This document shows positions 48,329 through 57,742 of a stretch of 64,000 bases of DNA, piece by piece. Source of the DNA: Candidatus Micrarchaeota archaeon. GTDB lineage: Archaea > Micrarchaeota > Micrarchaeia > Norongarragalinales > Norongarragalinaceae. The position numbers and the translations under genes were made by a program. Below the pieces are notes generated by a model, which searched no databases, was not told where the DNA came from, and saw nothing but the letters and a program-made list of their open reading frames with translations. Location: NCBI GenBank assembly GCA_016207165.1, contig JACQQD010000008.1, forward strand, positions 1 to 64,000, given 5' to 3'. Each line of letters opens with the position of its first letter. Within the stretch, counting starts at the first letter, position 1.

Positions 48329-49456
48329 ATGTGGGATTTCATTTCGGGGTGGGTGTGGGGGGCGTTGGGCGTTCTGCCGTTTCTTCACACCAACCTTCTT
48401 TTGGCGTTTTTGTCGGATTCATCCAGCGCCGTTTCCGTGTGCGTGCTGGCGTTTTCGCACCTGGTTTTTGAGGCGGTGCCCGCCGTTTTCTTCGGGATTC
48501 CGGGAGCCCAGCACGGCGTCGCGGCGTTGCCGGCCCACCAGTTGGTCGCCCAAGGAAGCGGGCGTACGGCGGTTGGAGCGGTGCTCTTGGGTTTGCTTTG
48601 GGGTGTGGCCGGCGCGGTCGCCTTGTCCCCGGTCTTCTTTTTCCTGCTTCCCGTCTTGTTTGATTTCGTTCGGCCCTGGTCTGGATTGTTGTTGTCGGCG
48701 GTGGTCGTGGTTTCCCTGGCCCTGGATGGCTTGTCTTTCAAGCATGCGGCGTTCTTCCTTTTTTTCGGGGCGATGGGGTTGGCCGTTTTTTCTTTGCCTT
48801 TGGCCGAGCCTTTGTTTCCTCTTTTGTCGGGGTTGTTCGGCGTGCCAGCGCTTTGGTTGGCGTCCCAGGCATCGATGTCTTTTGGCGGCCCGGCGCCCAA
48901 GGCCCCGTTTTGGATGGGTTTGTTGGGGGCGGCGTTGGGAGGCTTCTCGGTGTTGTTGCCGGCGATGAGTCCCGCGTTTTTGTCGGCGTTTGCTTTTTTG
49001 TTTTTGGAAGCCTCGCCCGTCTCGTTTCTGGTCCTGTCTTTTGCGTTGGCGTCCAGCAAGTTGTTCTTCGACTTTTTTGGCGTTTTGTCTATTGGCAAGG
49101 CCCGTTCCGCGGCCGCCGCGTCCTGGCAGGATGCCGGCGTCTTGTTTCCCGAGGGCCTTGAAGCGTTGGCGTTTGGCGTCCTGGGGTTCTTGTTGGCGTG
49201 GGTGTTGGTGTTTGTGTTCTGGCGGCGTTTCGCCGAAATTTTGCCCGTATTTTCGTCGCGGTTTTTCGCGTGGACGCTGTTGGGTTTGGTGGTTGCCGGC
49301 GCGTTCTGGGCCAACGGGCCTTGGGGTGTTTTCGTTCTTTCCTGGGCGTCCGTGTCGTCCCTGGCGGCACTTTCCCAGCGGGTTCCCCGAAAGTACGCGT
49401 TGGGTGTTTTGCTGGTGCCCGCCATCGCCTACGCATGGGGGTGGACAGGGTTTTAA
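48329..49456 (+). CDS. TctA-like (DUF112) membrane permease
   Basis: LPFLHTN, VPAVFFGIP, LPAH..V..G.G, FPLLSGLFG. Confidence 0.82.
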   Translation: MWDFISGWVWGALGVLPFLHTNLLLAFLSDSSSAVSVCVLAFSHLVFEAVPAVFFGIPGAQHGVAALPAHQLVAQGSGRTAVGAVLLGLLWGVAGAVALSPVFFFLLPVLFDFVRPWSGLLLSAVVVVSLALDGLSFKHAAFFLFFGAMGLAVFSLPLAEPLFPLLSGLFGVPALWLASQASMSFGGPAPKAPFWMGLLGAALGGFSVLLPAMSPAFLSAFAFLFLEASPVSFLVLSFALASSKLFFDFFGVLSIGKARSAAAASWQDAGVLFPEGLEALAFGVLGFLLAWVLVFVFWRRFAEILPVFSSRFFAWTLLGLVVAGAFWANGPWGVFVLSWASVSSLAALSQRVPRKYALGVLLVPAIAYAWGWTGF

Positions 49457-49478
49457 GACCCCGTCGTGTTGTCTCGTT

Positions 49479-49871
49479 ATGCGCGGCCAAGTCTCGCTGG
49501 AGATATTTTTTTCCGTGTCGCTGTTCGTCTTGTTGCTGTTTTGGTTGAATCACTTCGTCGGCGTGGCCGCGGAGGCAACGAATTCGGATCGAGCAGTTTT
49601 TGCCACGGCATTTTCCCTGGCGCATGCCGCGGATGCGGCCTGCCGGCTGAACCTCTCCGTCAACCTGCCCTCGCCGTGCCTGGCCGATGCCGGGCCATTG
49701 GTCTTGTCCGTTGGCCAGGGCACGCTGAACCTCAACGGCGTGGGCGTGTCCACGGCCTGCCAATTTCAGCCTGGTCAATTTGTGGTCCCGGGGTGCGGAA
49801 AGCGGCTGTGCGTGCAGTCTCTGGACGCTGGCGGGGCCGTACTGCGGCCGGAACCTTGCTCGGGGGATTGA
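49479..49871 (+). CDS. pilin-like protein
   Basis: MRG|QVSLE class III signal. Confidence 0.82.
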   Translation: MRGQVSLEIFFSVSLFVLLLFWLNHFVGVAAEATNSDRAVFATAFSLAHAADAACRLNLSVNLPSPCLADAGPLVLSVGQGTLNLNGVGVSTACQFQPGQFVVPGCGKRLCVQSLDAGGAVLRPEPCSGD

Positions 49872-49875
49872 TGGT

Positions 49876-50229
49876 TTGACGCGGGGGCAATTGTTCAGCA
49901 TGGATTTCTTGGTTTCCGTCCTCATTTTGACGGTCGCGCTGGGTTTGTTCATTCACGCCGCCGAGTTTCCCGCTGCCTTGTTTTCCGGGCCGGAACCGGC
50001 GTTGGCGGCGCTGTCCACCGCCATTTTGTCGAGCCAACCCAACTTGGGCCAAGGCACGCTGAACGCGGCCGCGCTTTCCGGCCCGGGTTTCTGCGTCCGC
50101 ATCTCCAATTCGTCTCACACGTGGTTTGACGGTTGCGCGGATTTTTCCTGCCCCAATCCGCGGGCCGTTGACCGGTACGCCAACTGCGACGGCGCGCTGT
50201 GCACGGTGTCGGTTCGGGGGTGTCCTTGA
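49876..50229 (+). CDS. pilin-like protein
   Basis: RG|QLFSMDF; Cys-rich C-terminus. Confidence 0.8.
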   Translation: MTRGQLFSMDFLVSVLILTVALGLFIHAAEFPAALFSGPEPALAALSTAILSSQPNLGQGTLNAAALSGPGFCVRISNSSHTWFDGCADFSCPNPRAVDRYANCDGALCTVSVRGCP

Positions 50230-50588
50230 TGCGGGGGTTTTTGCTGACGCTGGATGCCTTGTTTGCTTTGGCCATCCTCATTGCGGGGCTGTCCTTTTTT
50301 GCGGTGCAGTCTTTTTCCGAACCCGCGGCCGCCTCGGCGTTGTACTTGGTTGGACGCGATTTCCTGGTGTTGCCGCCGGGACTTCAACCCGAATTGGCGG
50401 ATTCTTTGGAGCCCCGGGGGTTCACGGTTTCCAGCCAACCCCCCAATTCTCGCTTCGTCGTCCAGGCCAAGGCATTCCGGTATGTTAGGGCCTGCGAGGG
50501 AGCCGTGAGCCCAGATGCGGGTTGCCTGCGGGAGACGGATGCCGCGTTTTCGTCCATTCAATCCGTGACGTGGGTGGGCGTGCGATGA
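50229..50588 (+). CDS. pilin-like protein
   Basis: MRG|FLLTLDA. Confidence 0.8.
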   Translation: MRGFLLTLDALFALAILIAGLSFFAVQSFSEPAAASALYLVGRDFLVLPPGLQPELADSLEPRGFTVSSQPPNSRFVVQAKAFRYVRACEGAVSPDAGCLRETDAAFSSIQSVTWVGVR

Positions 50589-51124
50589 AGGGTTTTTACT
50601 CGGGGTTTGCCGCGGCTTTAGTCACCTTGTCTTTGGCTGGACTTTTTTTCGCCGTGTTGGCGCTTTCCTACCAGGACGTGGCCGCGTTGGCGGAATTGGA
50701 CGCCGTTCGCACTTTTGACCGGGCCCAGGACGCCCAAGACGTTTTGCGTGAGGTGGTGGCGGACGCCGCCGTGGATTCCGCCTTTGCCGCGCACGGCTGC
50801 CAGCCGGGGCCGTCGGTGTGTGCGCCGGACGGTTTTTCGTCCCGGGTGTCCACGTATGCATCCCGTGCCGCGTCCCGGCTTTCCGACGGAATCTCCGTCC
50901 ACGTTCAAGTCCAAGACGTTTCGTGCCGAGCGTTGACTCCTTCTTTGGGCGTGGACGCGTCGTACGAGGTCAATGCGTCGCTGACGGTGGACGTAACGGG
51001 TTTCCAATCCGGTACTCCGGCTGACGTGGAGGTGTCCTATCGCGTGGATGCTTCCAACGCTCCCGGCGGCCTCATTCGCGTGGGCGCAAAACCGGAATGG
51101 GTCGTCCAATTTGAGTGCCCGTGA
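50585..51124 (+). CDS. pilin-like protein
   Basis: MKG|FYS plus hydrophobic helix. Confidence 0.72.
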   Translation: MKGFYSGFAAALVTLSLAGLFFAVLALSYQDVAALAELDAVRTFDRAQDAQDVLREVVADAAVDSAFAAHGCQPGPSVCAPDGFSSRVSTYASRAASRLSDGISVHVQVQDVSCRALTPSLGVDASYEVNASLTVDVTGFQSGTPADVEVSYRVDASNAPGGLIRVGAKPEWVVQFECP

Positions 51125-51162
51125 AAAGGGCTTTAAACGCGTTTAATCCCATTAAGCGCTTG

Positions 51163-51738
51163 ATGAAGCGCGTTTTGGTCCTCTCGTTGTTCGTGCTTTT
51201 GGGCGTTGTGGCCTTCTCCTACTTGGCGTCCACAAAATCCGCCCTCACGGAAACGCAGGCCGTGGACGTGGTATTGGAGGATGTGAAGCCCTTGGAAAGC
51301 CAAGGCGTCATGGCTCGCGTCGTGGATTCGCGTTTTGAAAACGGCAAGTGGGCTGTCGACGTGCTCTTGACGCGCCGAGCGCACACGAAATGTCCATCCG
51401 TGGAAAAACGGTTCTACTCGCTGTTGCCCATTGGTTTCCGTTCCGAGTCCGTGGTGGCTTCCTGCAACCCGCCGGTGGCCATCAGTTACCGTGAGGAAGC
51501 CCTGATCCGCTCGGCCAAGGATGCCGGCGCGTTCTCGGAGGGCTACGGGTGCGCGTTTTACTGGGCGGACTTTGATGCCGCCACGTCGGCTTCTTATTGT
51601 GCTTCGCCAGAATCTTCGGCCGTCCAAGCCTTCGGATCCGGCTTGCCGCAGAACACGTGGGTCGTCTCCTGGACGTGGAACAACGCCACCGCGTTCTTCG
51701 CGTATTCCCCAAGTGACGCGTTTTTGAAGTCGTCGTGA
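51163..51738 (+). CDS. exported hypothetical protein
   Basis: Signal peptide; HTKCP motif. Confidence 0.72.
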   Translation: MKRVLVLSLFVLLGVVAFSYLASTKSALTETQAVDVVLEDVKPLESQGVMARVVDSRFENGKWAVDVLLTRRAHTKCPSVEKRFYSLLPIGFRSESVVASCNPPVAISYREEALIRSAKDAGAFSEGYGCAFYWADFDAATSASYCASPESSAVQAFGSGLPQNTWVVSWTWNNATAFFAYSPSDAFLKSS

Positions 51739-51746
51739 AAAACGTT

Positions 51747-52265
51747 ATGGCGTCGGAAGTCAGTTACGCGGCCCTCCGCTCGTTGCAGACCCAGGAACGC
51801 CATTCGCCCCAGCTTCTGCCTTTGGATTCGGATTTCTACCAGCGCTACGCTTCGTGGCTGTCGGAATTGGAACAGAACGTGCGCGAGCGGTTCTCGTTGG
51901 AAGCCGCCAAGGAACTGGAAAGCGCGCGCAAGATTTTGAACGACGTGTTCACCTTGCGTGCCCAGAAAATCTTTTTCAAGGCATTGCGGGATTTCCGCGC
52001 CGGGCGGGTGGATGCCGCTGGACTCTCCGAACAAGAAAAAGAGTTATATACGGGCCTGGTTACCCTTCTTTCTCGGCACCAGTTGGGCGCTTCGATTCCC
52101 TCGGTTAACGGTGAACTTCAGGTGGACATCGTCGCCGACGTGCCGGCGTTTGTGGGTTTTGATGCGCAACCGTACGGGCCTTTCAGGCCCGGCCAGCGGG
52201 TCGTGCTTCCACGCAAGCAAGCCGAGTTTCTGCAACGCAAGGGCGTTGTCAAGGTGATTTCATGA
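51747..52265 (+). CDS. GINS complex protein (Gins15/51 type)
   Basis: DFYQ, R.QKI, DVPAFVG.D..YGPF..G; precedes rpl44e. Confidence 0.88.
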   Translation: MASEVSYAALRSLQTQERHSPQLLPLDSDFYQRYASWLSELEQNVRERFSLEAAKELESARKILNDVFTLRAQKIFFKALRDFRAGRVDAAGLSEQEKELYTGLVTLLSRHQLGASIPSVNGELQVDIVADVPAFVGFDAQPYGPFRPGQRVVLPRKQAEFLQRKGVVKVIS

Positions 52266-52549
52266 TCGTTCCAAAGCAGACCAACGCGTTTTGCGTCAAA
52301 TGCCAAACGCATACGGCGCACAAGGTCAAGGTGTCCACGTCCAAGTACAAGCCGGGTCGCACCCTGGCGTGGGGCACGCGCAAGCACGAACGCAAACTGG
52401 CGGGCTACCACGGCAAAGTCAAAGGCAAGGCCAACGTCCGCAAGCAGGGCATCCGCAACAAACTCATGCTGGAGTGTTCGACGTGCAAAAAAAAGCACGA
52501 GCGCGTCATTTCGGGCCGCATGAAGAAGAAGGCGGAAGTCCAACGTTAG
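52262..52549 (+). CDS. rpl44e: 50S ribosomal protein L44e
   Basis: C..C..HT.HKV, GYHG, LECSTCKK. Confidence 0.94.
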   Translation: MIVPKQTNAFCVKCQTHTAHKVKVSTSKYKPGRTLAWGTRKHERKLAGYHGKVKGKANVRKQGIRNKLMLECSTCKKKHERVISGRMKKKAEVQR

Positions 52550-52564
52550 ATGAGGGTGATTTCC

Positions 52565-52726
52565 ATGAGCAAGTTCCTCCGAATCCAATGCGACTGCGGC
52601 GCGCAGCAAACCGTGTTTGGCGCCGCCAAGTCCACGATCAACTGCCAGTCCTGCGGCAACGAATTGGTTTCGTCCACCGGCGGCCAGGCCGAAGTGCTCT
52701 GCCGCGTTTTGGAAGTGTTCGGTTAA
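52565..52726 (+). CDS. rps27e: 30S ribosomal protein S27e
   Basis: MSKFLRIQCDCG...CQSCG..L...TGG; 53 aa. Confidence 0.93.
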   Translation: MSKFLRIQCDCGAQQTVFGAAKSTINCQSCGNELVSSTGGQAEVLCRVLEVFG

Positions 52727-52730
52727 CGTT

Positions 52731-53501
52731 ATGCCGAATTATCCGGAACGCGGAGAATTCGTCATCGCCAAAGTCAAGAAGATCCTTCCCTTTGGAGCGA
52801 TTCTGTCCCTCGATGAGTATAGCGCCCAGGAAGCCTTCGTCCACATTTCCGAAGTTTCCTCCGGCTGGGTGCGCAACATCCGCGACCACGTCAAGGAAGG
52901 TCAACTCACAGTAGCCAAAGTCATCCGGGTCGACGAGTCCAAGCACCAAGTGGACGTCTCGCTCAAAAGCGTTTCCGAGTCGGACAAGAAACGCAAACTG
53001 CAACTGAACCAATCCGAGAAACGCGCGCGCAAAATGCTGGAAGTCGTGGCCAAAAAACTCGGAAAACCCTTGGCCGTGGCCCTCCAGGAAGCTGGAAAGC
53101 CCCTGGAAGACGCTTACGGCGACTTGTATGCCGCGTTTGAGGCCATGGCCGCCGGCCAAGAGCTCTCCGCCAAGATTCCAAAAATGTGGGCCGCGGCGTT
53201 GACGGAACTGGCCAAAAAAGAGATCAAGCCCAAACGCGTGTTCCTCAAGGCGCACCTCACACTCAAATCGTACGCCCCGGATGGCTTGGATCAAGTCAAA
53301 GCCGTCTTGGCGAAAATCGACGCGCAATCGTTTCCGGACGCCCAAAAGACGCTGCGTTACGTTTCCGCGCCCACCTATTTGGTGGAAGTCGAGACGGACC
53401 AATTCAAACGCGCCGAAAAAATAATGGCCCACTTGTCGGCCTTGCTGGAACGCGAGGCGTCCGCCGCCCATTTTGAAGCGGCTTTTACGGTACAACGTTA
53501 A
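52731..53501 (+). CDS. eif2a: translation initiation factor 2 alpha
   Basis: S1 domain HISEVSSGWVRNIRD, VDVSLK. Confidence 0.97.
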   Translation: MPNYPERGEFVIAKVKKILPFGAILSLDEYSAQEAFVHISEVSSGWVRNIRDHVKEGQLTVAKVIRVDESKHQVDVSLKSVSESDKKRKLQLNQSEKRARKMLEVVAKKLGKPLAVALQEAGKPLEDAYGDLYAAFEAMAAGQELSAKIPKMWAAALTELAKKEIKPKRVFLKAHLTLKSYAPDGLDQVKAVLAKIDAQSFPDAQKTLRYVSAPTYLVEVETDQFKRAEKIMAHLSALLEREASAAHFEAAFTVQR

Positions 53502-53539
53502 GCCCACCGTTTTTATACGCGGCTTTCCTCTTCCTCTTC

Positions 53540-53689
53540 ATGAAGCGCCTACGACGTTGCATGCGCCGCCACTACAGCTTGAATGAGGCCTGCCCCGCGT
53601 GCGGCGGCGAAACGTTCTCTGCGCACCCGCCCAAATACTCGCCGCACGACAAGTACGCGTCCTACCGGAGGAGGCAAACACATGGTTGA
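53540..53689 (+). CDS. nop10: H/ACA RNP protein Nop10
   Basis: CPACGG..SAHPPKYSPHDKY..YRR. Confidence 0.93.
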   Translation: MKRLRRCMRRHYSLNEACPACGGETFSAHPPKYSPHDKYASYRRRQTHG

Positions 53690-54476
53690 AGCATCCTTTT
53701 CCGAGTCCTTCATCCGCGTGAAGAAAAAGCCGCGCCTCAAGAAACCCCTGCTGATCGTGGGATTGCCCGGCATCGGTTTCGTCAGTAAACTGGCGGTGGA
53801 CCACCTCGTGCGCGAGCTTTCCGCCAAACCGTTCGCCACGCTGTACTCGCCGCATTTTCCCAACCAAGTCCTGGCCCTGAAAAACGGGCGGCTGCGCGCG
53901 TTTTGCATGAAATTGTACTACGCCAAACTCCAGGGCCGTGACCTCGTGTTGTTGCGCGGCGACCTGCAGCCCCTGACCGTGGAAGGCCAATACGAAGTCT
54001 CCGCCAAACTCCTCTCGTTTTTCCGGGATTTGGGCGGAAAAGACGTGTTGTCCATGGCTGGCTACGCCATCCAACGCCAGCAAAAGACCCCCAACATTTT
54101 CGCGTACGCCACCTCCAAGACATTGGCCCAGTCGCTGTACAAACTGGGTGCCAAGCCCACCGGCGTGATTGTGCCGGTGGTCGGCATGGCCGGCTTGTTG
54201 CCGGCACTCTCCAAGCTCTACGGCTTGCGGGGGGCTTGTTTGTTGGTGGAAACCGCGGGCCAGAACGTCGACGCCGTGGGCGCCAAACACCTCGTCGCGC
54301 TCCTGGGGCGTTTGCTTAAACGCAAGTTCGACGTGAAGGCCCTGGAGGCCCGAGCCAAAAAGTCGCAGGTCATGATCAAGCGCATCGAACAGCAGGCCCG
54401 CCAAGAAGAAGTCGCCGCCATTTCCCCCGCGCCCCTGGAACCCGGTCAGAACCCCACCTCCGCCTACATCCAGTGA
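53682..54476 (+). CDS. PAC2-family proteasome assembly chaperone
   Basis: GLPGIGFVSK, GDLQP; conserved position after nop10. Confidence 0.92.
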   Translation: MVEASFSESFIRVKKKPRLKKPLLIVGLPGIGFVSKLAVDHLVRELSAKPFATLYSPHFPNQVLALKNGRLRAFCMKLYYAKLQGRDLVLLRGDLQPLTVEGQYEVSAKLLSFFRDLGGKDVLSMAGYAIQRQQKTPNIFAYATSKTLAQSLYKLGAKPTGVIVPVVGMAGLLPALSKLYGLRGACLLVETAGQNVDAVGAKHLVALLGRLLKRKFDVKALEARAKKSQVMIKRIEQQARQEEVAAISPAPLEPGQNPTSAYIQ

Positions 54477-54539
54477 TTTCGCGAGGGGTTTCCTCCTGGA
54501 AAGCCCGTGCATTTTAACCCGTTTTCCTCGTTCAACTCT

Positions 54540-55298
54540 ATGGACGACGAGGCGGACCCCCATGCCCGCGGCGTGAAATTCGTTCCCATCCAGTTCCGCG
54601 TCACCGCTGACGGCGTGGTACCCACTGAATTTCGTGCACTGCCCATTCTGGAAGCCGCCGGCTATTTATCCATCGATCCACTGCAAACCGACGCATCACC
54701 CACGCACCCCGTGGCGTCGTGCCCGGTGCCAGCGGACGCTTTACTTGTTGACATCGTTGCGTTTGAGCCGTCCAAGCATTTGGATGACGTCGTGCGCTTT
54801 TGCGCGCGCACGGCCAACGCCCCACAATCCCTTTTTAGGCGGGAACTCTTGAAGTTGTACCACCGGCTTCCCACCGGCTTTTTCGTCGCCCTCGCAAAAG
54901 ACACGGGCCGGCCGGTTGGGTTCATCAGCATGGGTTTTCTAAAACCCAAGCCCCTGCGTTTTTTGATGGGAATCCTGGGAAGCCTGCTTCCGGCTGCCGT
55001 GGAACCGCTGGTGCGGGGCTTGGTCGCCTTGCGCGTGGTTTCGACCTTTGAAGTGGCCAACGTCATCGTCGATTTGGACTATCAACGCCAGGGCATTGGA
55101 GGCCAATTGATCGGCTTGGGCGAGCGTTTCATCGCTTCCCGATTCACCCAGTCCCGTGTCAGCCTGTACGTGCGCGAGGACAACGTGTCCGCCCTGCGTT
55201 TATACCGCAAGCTGGGATTCAAAACATTGGACGCGTTTTTGCTGGGCGGCCGCAAGAAGCTCGTGCTTTCCAAAGCCATCTCAACCTCGCCCATTTAA
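54540..55298 (+). CDS. GNAT-family N-acetyltransferase
   Basis: YQRQGIG, DNVSALRLYRKLGF. Confidence 0.88.
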   Translation: MDDEADPHARGVKFVPIQFRVTADGVVPTEFRALPILEAAGYLSIDPLQTDASPTHPVASCPVPADALLVDIVAFEPSKHLDDVVRFCARTANAPQSLFRRELLKLYHRLPTGFFVALAKDTGRPVGFISMGFLKPKPLRFLMGILGSLLPAAVEPLVRGLVALRVVSTFEVANVIVDLDYQRQGIGGQLIGLGERFIASRFTQSRVSLYVREDNVSALRLYRKLGFKTLDAFLLGGRKKLVLSKAISTSPI

Positions 55299-55377
55299 AC
55301 CATTTCGCCCAACCATTTCGTGGAGTGTTTTCCACGTGCCGGTCAAGCTGTCCAAGTCGCCGCGAACCACGCACCCC

Positions 55378-55734
55378 ATGGCCTCCTGCCCGGTGCTCAC
55401 CAACATTGAACTCATTGAAAGAAAATGGATGCTTCCCCTGCTTTTGGAATTCTTTTCCTCCAAAAAACGGCAATCCTTTTCCACCCTCCAGCGCGGCTTG
55501 CAACCCATCACCGCGAAAATCCTGGCCCGGCGCCTGGATGAACTGCAAGCCCACGGCTACGTCAACCGCGTCGAAAAAGGCGCCCGCGTCACGTATGCGC
55601 CCACCCGGAAAAGCTCGATGCTCCGCGGCTTGGTGGCCGTACTGAAAAAATACCGCGTGGCCTGCTCGGAGGCTGACCGCGAACGCTGCGCCACCTGCTC
55701 GCAACGCGACCGATGCGTGGCCGCATACGGCTGA
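55378..55734 (+). CDS. HxlR-family winged-helix regulator
   Basis: CPV..., RKWML, ITAKILARRLDEL; Cys-rich tail. Confidence 0.85.
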   Translation: MASCPVLTNIELIERKWMLPLLLEFFSSKKRQSFSTLQRGLQPITAKILARRLDELQAHGYVNRVEKGARVTYAPTRKSSMLRGLVAVLKKYRVACSEADRERCATCSQRDRCVAAYG

Positions 55735-55812
55735 TGAATCCTTTGGCAAACCGTTTTTTAGTTCCCCCTCGCCCAAGCAATCCATGAGGCCTCGCCCCCT
55801 CCCGGTGTTTTG

Positions 55813-57051
55813 ATGCGCCACTTTGCCGACCTCCATTTTCACTCCAAGTATTCGCGCGCCGTGTCCCCGCACATGGAACTGGACGGCTTGGCTGCTGGCG
55901 CCAAGCAAAAAGGCCTCACCATTTTGGGCACGGGCGACTTCACGCATCCGCTTTGGTTCAAGGAACTGAAAAACCGCCTGCAACCCGAAGGCAACGGATT
56001 TTATCGGTTGAACGACGCGTCGGTGCGCTTCATGCTGACGTGCGAAGTCTCCACCATCGCTTCCATGCCCAAAGGCGTCAAGCGCGTCCACCACGTGCTT
56101 CACGCGGCAGATTTGGACGTCGTCGCGCAAGTCAACGACGTTCTTTCCAAGAAAGGCAACCTGGCGGCCGACGGGCGGCCCACCTTCGGCAAGACCACTC
56201 CCACGGAATTGGTGGAGTTGCTCATGGAGGTCTCCCGCGACATCGTCGTGGTGCCGGCCCACATCTGGACGCCGTGGTTTTCCGTCTTCGGCTCAAAAAG
56301 CGGCTTTGACTCCATTCAAGAGGCGTACCAGGACCAGGCCAAACACATTTTCGCGTTGGAGACCGGCATGTCTAGCGACCCGGCGATGAACTGGCGCGTC
56401 AGCGGGCTGGACCGCTTTACCCTCATGAGCAACTCCGACAGCCACTCCCCCCACCCGTGGCGCTTGGGTCGGGAATGCAACGCCTTTGAATTCGGCGAAG
56501 AACAGCTCTCCTATGCCGCGTTATGGAACGCCGTCCGCGAAAAAGACCAAACCCACTTCAAGTACACCGTCGAGACGCCGCCGGCGTACGGCAAATACCA
56601 TTGGGATGGCCACCGCGCCTGCGGGTTTTCCTGTCCGCCGGAGAAAACACGACAATTGAACGGCCACTGCCCCGTATGCAACAAACCGTTGACCCTGGGC
56701 GTCCAGTACCGAGTCGAAGAACTCGCCGACCGGCCGCAAGGCGTCGTGCCCGAAAACGCGGTGCCTTTCAAGACCCTGCTTCCCCTTCACGAATTGCTCT
56801 CGGCGGTGACCGGCAAGGCGTTGACCACGCAAACCGTCCAGAAAACCGCTGATGCGCTCATTGCCAAAGCGGGAAGCGAATTGGCCGTGCTTTTGGATTT
56901 GGACCCCAACGATCTGACCGCCGTCGCCGGGGCTTTTGTGGCTCGCGCCGTCCTGGACAACCGCGCGACCGCCGTTTCGGTAGTTCCAGGCTTTGATGGC
57001 CAATACGGCAAGCCCCAGCTTTCGGACGGCCAACAACGGCTCAATGAATGA
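55813..57051 (+). CDS. endonuclease Q family (PHP domain plus zinc finger)
   Basis: DLHFHSKYS, GTGDFTHP, PAHIWTP, NSDSHS, GKYHWDGH, CPVC. Confidence 0.92.
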   Translation: MRHFADLHFHSKYSRAVSPHMELDGLAAGAKQKGLTILGTGDFTHPLWFKELKNRLQPEGNGFYRLNDASVRFMLTCEVSTIASMPKGVKRVHHVLHAADLDVVAQVNDVLSKKGNLAADGRPTFGKTTPTELVELLMEVSRDIVVVPAHIWTPWFSVFGSKSGFDSIQEAYQDQAKHIFALETGMSSDPAMNWRVSGLDRFTLMSNSDSHSPHPWRLGRECNAFEFGEEQLSYAALWNAVREKDQTHFKYTVETPPAYGKYHWDGHRACGFSCPPEKTRQLNGHCPVCNKPLTLGVQYRVEELADRPQGVVPENAVPFKTLLPLHELLSAVTGKALTTQTVQKTADALIAKAGSELAVLLDLDPNDLTAVAGAFVARAVLDNRATAVSVVPGFDGQYGKPQLSDGQQRLNE

Positions 57052-57171
57052 AGCGTTCCCCTTCCTTTCCAGGCGGTTTCCGGTTTTCCTGAAACCAATT
57101 CCAGCGGATTCGCGTTTCCCTAGACCTTCATTTGGTTTTTCGTTACGGTTTTAAACGCCGGATTCGTTGCA

Positions 57172-57474
57172 ATGAACGGGTGCGTTTTGTTGGCTTCAGA
57201 ACTAGTCATATGGGGCGGATTCGGCGTCAGTATCCTCTTCATCGGGGTGGCCTATTACGCGCTGGTCGTCGTGCGTTCGGCCCGGAAAAAACTCCGCGCC
57301 ATGGAAGACCATGTCCAATCCCTGGAAAAAGGCTTTGACGCCGTCAACGAGCAACTCCACTCCGTGCAGCGAAGCCTTTCGACGAAGGTCGGCGCTTCGC
57401 AACTGGAAGAACAATACTCCGCGTTCTTGGCCAAGCTCTTGCGGAAGAAACTGGTGGTGAAGTCCCGTGGTTGA
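57172..57474 (+). CDS. TM plus coiled-coil protein
   Basis: N-terminal TM, heptad pattern. Confidence 0.65.
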   Translation: MNGCVLLASELVIWGGFGVSILFIGVAYYALVVVRSARKKLRAMEDHVQSLEKGFDAVNEQLHSVQRSLSTKVGASQLEEQYSAFLAKLLRKKLVVKSRG

Positions 57475-57736
57475 ATTCGAAGTCATCGGTCTGGCAATCG
57501 TCATTCTCTTGGTGTTTTTGTACATGATCAAGGTGGTCTTGGACTTGCAGGCCACCATTTCCTCCAGCATCAGCCGCGTGGAATCCAAGCTGGACGGCTT
57601 GGAACAGACGGCGTCCCACGTCACTTCCGACATGGCCACGCTCAAGCGGTCCCTGAACGACAAAGTGGACCGGTCGTACGTGGAAAAACGCCTGGTCGGC
57701 CTTTCCGAATTGCTTAAGAAAGACAAAAAGCGCTGA
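57467..57736 (+). CDS. TM plus coiled-coil protein
   Basis: N-terminal TM, heptads; resembles the upstream ORF (RSLSTKV / RSLNDKV). Confidence 0.72.
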   Translation: MVEFEVIGLAIVILLVFLYMIKVVLDLQATISSSISRVESKLDGLEQTASHVTSDMATLKRSLNDKVDRSYVEKRLVGLSELLKKDKKR

Positions 57737-57742
57737 ATGATT

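Noticed and set aside
38669-48968. Long alternative-frame ORFs (e.g. 38669-40330, 47259-48968)
   Set aside because: Antisense shadows of well-supported genes in GC-rich sequence
57054-57130. ORB-like TTCCAGCGGA as a replication origin near the oap genes
   Set aside because: Only a partial match; no G-string, AT-rich unwinding element or cdc6 nearby
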